From Balanoglossus misakiensis (Eukaryota; Animalia; Hemichordata), in the NCBI GenBank assembly GCA_040954595.2, contig CM082583.2, forward strand, positions 11,483,656 through 11,547,655: a stretch of 64,000 nt of DNA, written 5' to 3'. Under the pieces are notes generated by a model. That model was given only the letters and a program-made list of their open reading frames with translations. It was not told the origin of the DNA and searched no databases. Position numbers and translations under genes: made by a program. Position 1 is the stretch's first letter. Each line of letters starts with the position of its first letter. This document shows positions 61,801 through 64,000 of this stretch, in pieces.

Positions 61801-64000
61801 ACGTGATACAACAATTGTATGCGGAGATAATGTAAAGTCAACACGATGAAGCTGTTGCCATGGCAATATTATCATCCTCTTAAGGTGTGATTTAATCCTC
61901 ATCCGCTCCACCCGCGAGCTGCAGATACGTGATGGCCAGGAAATTAAACGGAGACATTGATGTTTAGGATCAGTGTTTGTTCGACAGATGTCTGTGAAGC
62001 ATATGAAGACTCCCGCGCTTCTTACGAAAATGGGGGTATAGTCAAGTGGCGTATCTTCAAAGTGTCCCGGTCGATCCATCTACACTTTGCGTGACCTGGT
62101 TTGCTTATGTAGCCAGCATGTCTCAGATGTCTGTTGAAAATGTACAGACTTTAAAACATCGAGTGAGCTCGCAAACACGAAAATCAATACAAGATCAATA
62201 CAAGAATTAATACAACTTGCAGAATCAATACAAGAATTCCCAAAAGCAACTGAGTGTATACGGGAACATCACAGCAAAACATCTTGTATATGTCATCTCC
62301 TTGAATGCGATTAACTCTGTTGACATTGACGACCCTTGTGTCTCGGTCTCGCAGATGCCCGCGAGCTGCCCACTAGAATTTACGCTACTAATGATGCATC
62401 TTGGAGTTTGGTTCTGGACATAAAATTTAACGGTTTGGGGCAGCAATCAAAGGATTGCAGATTTTCGAACCGCTCTTAGTTACTGTGTATTTTCTTATCA
62501 ACATGGCATGGCTGTCGACCTCAAAATTAATATACATAACTTGTCTTGAGACGGTACCAAGCAAACTAACATGCTAAATGAAGATCAGTCCATGTAAACC
62601 ACGTTTTTTATCTTCTTTTTTAGAATTTGTTCCGTGATAACAGGGAAACAAAAGTATATATGTATCGTAATTCCGTCGGTAAGTAGGATTTTGAAATACA
62701 ATTACGCATACTTATAATTCCGTTTTCAAATTGATCAACGTTGCAACTCCACATGTGCCATTACCTTTAATCACAAAAGTGGCGGTCCAACCTTGCATAA
62801 ATTTTATTTCAATGCTATTTTTTTCAACTACCCACAGTTGGTGATAACGTTACTGTACTTACTCCTCACGAAGAGAAAGCGATGGTGTACCAATTGTTGC
62901 GATGGGCGACCAGGACTCGCAATGCAAGTATATTCTTCATTTCAAACCGATATTTCTACTGAAACGACACACGAAGCTCACTTTGCGTTGTCTTCACCCC
63001 GGGGTCTCGTTGTTAACGTGTTTCAATTCATTTTCAGACCCGTCGACATGTTAACGGATCACAGAGATCGCCTTGGCTACGTCTTTACCTTTGGGGCAGT
63101 TTCTCTAAACGTCTTCGAATTATTTATTGGCCGAACCTACTTCGATATTGATGGAATGACGTCTCTTGAATCAAAAGGTGGGTCAACGAGTTTTGTTCTA
63201 GGTCGATGTCTTACGGGCACAGACAATCCAACAGACGGGGAGAAGACAGTCTTTAAGAAAAAGCTGGTCTGAATCGAAGTCCCCCAACCTTTTAGCTTAA
63301 ATTCCTGCAAGTTGCACCAGTTTTCATAACCAATGTATATCCGAATTCTAAAACAATCTCTGGCCCTGCAGTGGTATCCTTCGATATCGCTCCCCTCAAA
63401 CCAATTTCCAGACAAATTTTGCATAATCAGCCACTTTTCCAATTATTTCCGCTAATGAAGACATTTCCGTATAATGTTCAGAAATATGTGAAAGAAACAG
63501 CGACACATTTCTTCTCCTCATAACAAGTTTAATTGTCTTTACTCCAATCTGTAATAAATTCTTTATTACCTCATCAGACCGTGAATTTTATTATGGTGAT
63601 ATATTTACTCCCCTTGTTTATTGCTGTGATGTCGCATATTGTAGATTCTAATGCAATGTTCTTGTTTCTTCTCGTTTAGTGTACGTGACTGCCATACACG
63701 TGTTGTACATTGGCGTGTGGAATTATCCATATTTCGCAACGATAGCCTTTCCTAATAAGCTGTTCGGTTCCGCCGTTGGTATATTTCAAGGCACCATTGA
63801 TTATGTCCTCTTTGGGATGCTACACATGATGTATTGTCAAGATATCACAATTGATGTCGGGGTAGGCAAACATCTGTTTTTTCCCCTTTCCTTCAAAAAC
63901 TCGTTTCATTTTACTCCCTACGACACATCAGAACAACTGTTCCTGCATATTTTCTTACAGCCTGAAATTCTAAAGGGGACCGTGGAAATGAATGTACTTA
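58831..64000 (+). CDS. STRA6/STRA6-like (RBP receptor family) membrane protein; 3' end outside window
   Basis: Exons 58831-59069, 62624-62678, 62838-62923, 63038-63177, 63680-63861 and 63961- join in frame. They give ..C..IPSLVITLLYLLLTKRKR..CDGRPGLAIPVDML..DRLGYVFTFGA..NYPYFA.., the STRA6-family N-terminal pattern. Confidence 0.8.

Overview
Eukaryotic, intron-rich invertebrate genomic DNA. An invertebrate deuterostome such as a hemichordate is plausible but not provable from this sequence. Gene order: SLC35A4 (5'-truncated), an SLC10 bile-acid-transporter-like gene, three small Ly6/three-finger (quiver-like) genes, intronless FEM1B, NUDT17, an uncharacterised Ser/acidic nuclear-type protein, STARD5, IER3IP1, a perilipin, NR2C2AP, two tandem DEG/ENaC channel genes and a STRA6-like gene (3'-truncated). 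A complete Ty3/Gypsy LTR retrotransposon lies at 33624-41987. It has 565-bp LTRs in which I found no mismatch, a 4-bp TSD, a tRNA-Leu PBS, gag and pol in a -1 overlap, and an extra zinc-finger ORF3. The element appears to sit inside the first intron of a predicted long perilipin isoform whose ~187-aa N-terminal extension carries a LIR-like motif. Other notable features are alternative perilipin last exons, a U12 AT-AC intron, two GC-AG introns, a ~140-copy (TCAC)n array at a splice acceptor and repeated GTCACGTGAC promoter palindromes. All exon models were assembled by eye from splice signals and remembered family sequences; no database searches were run.
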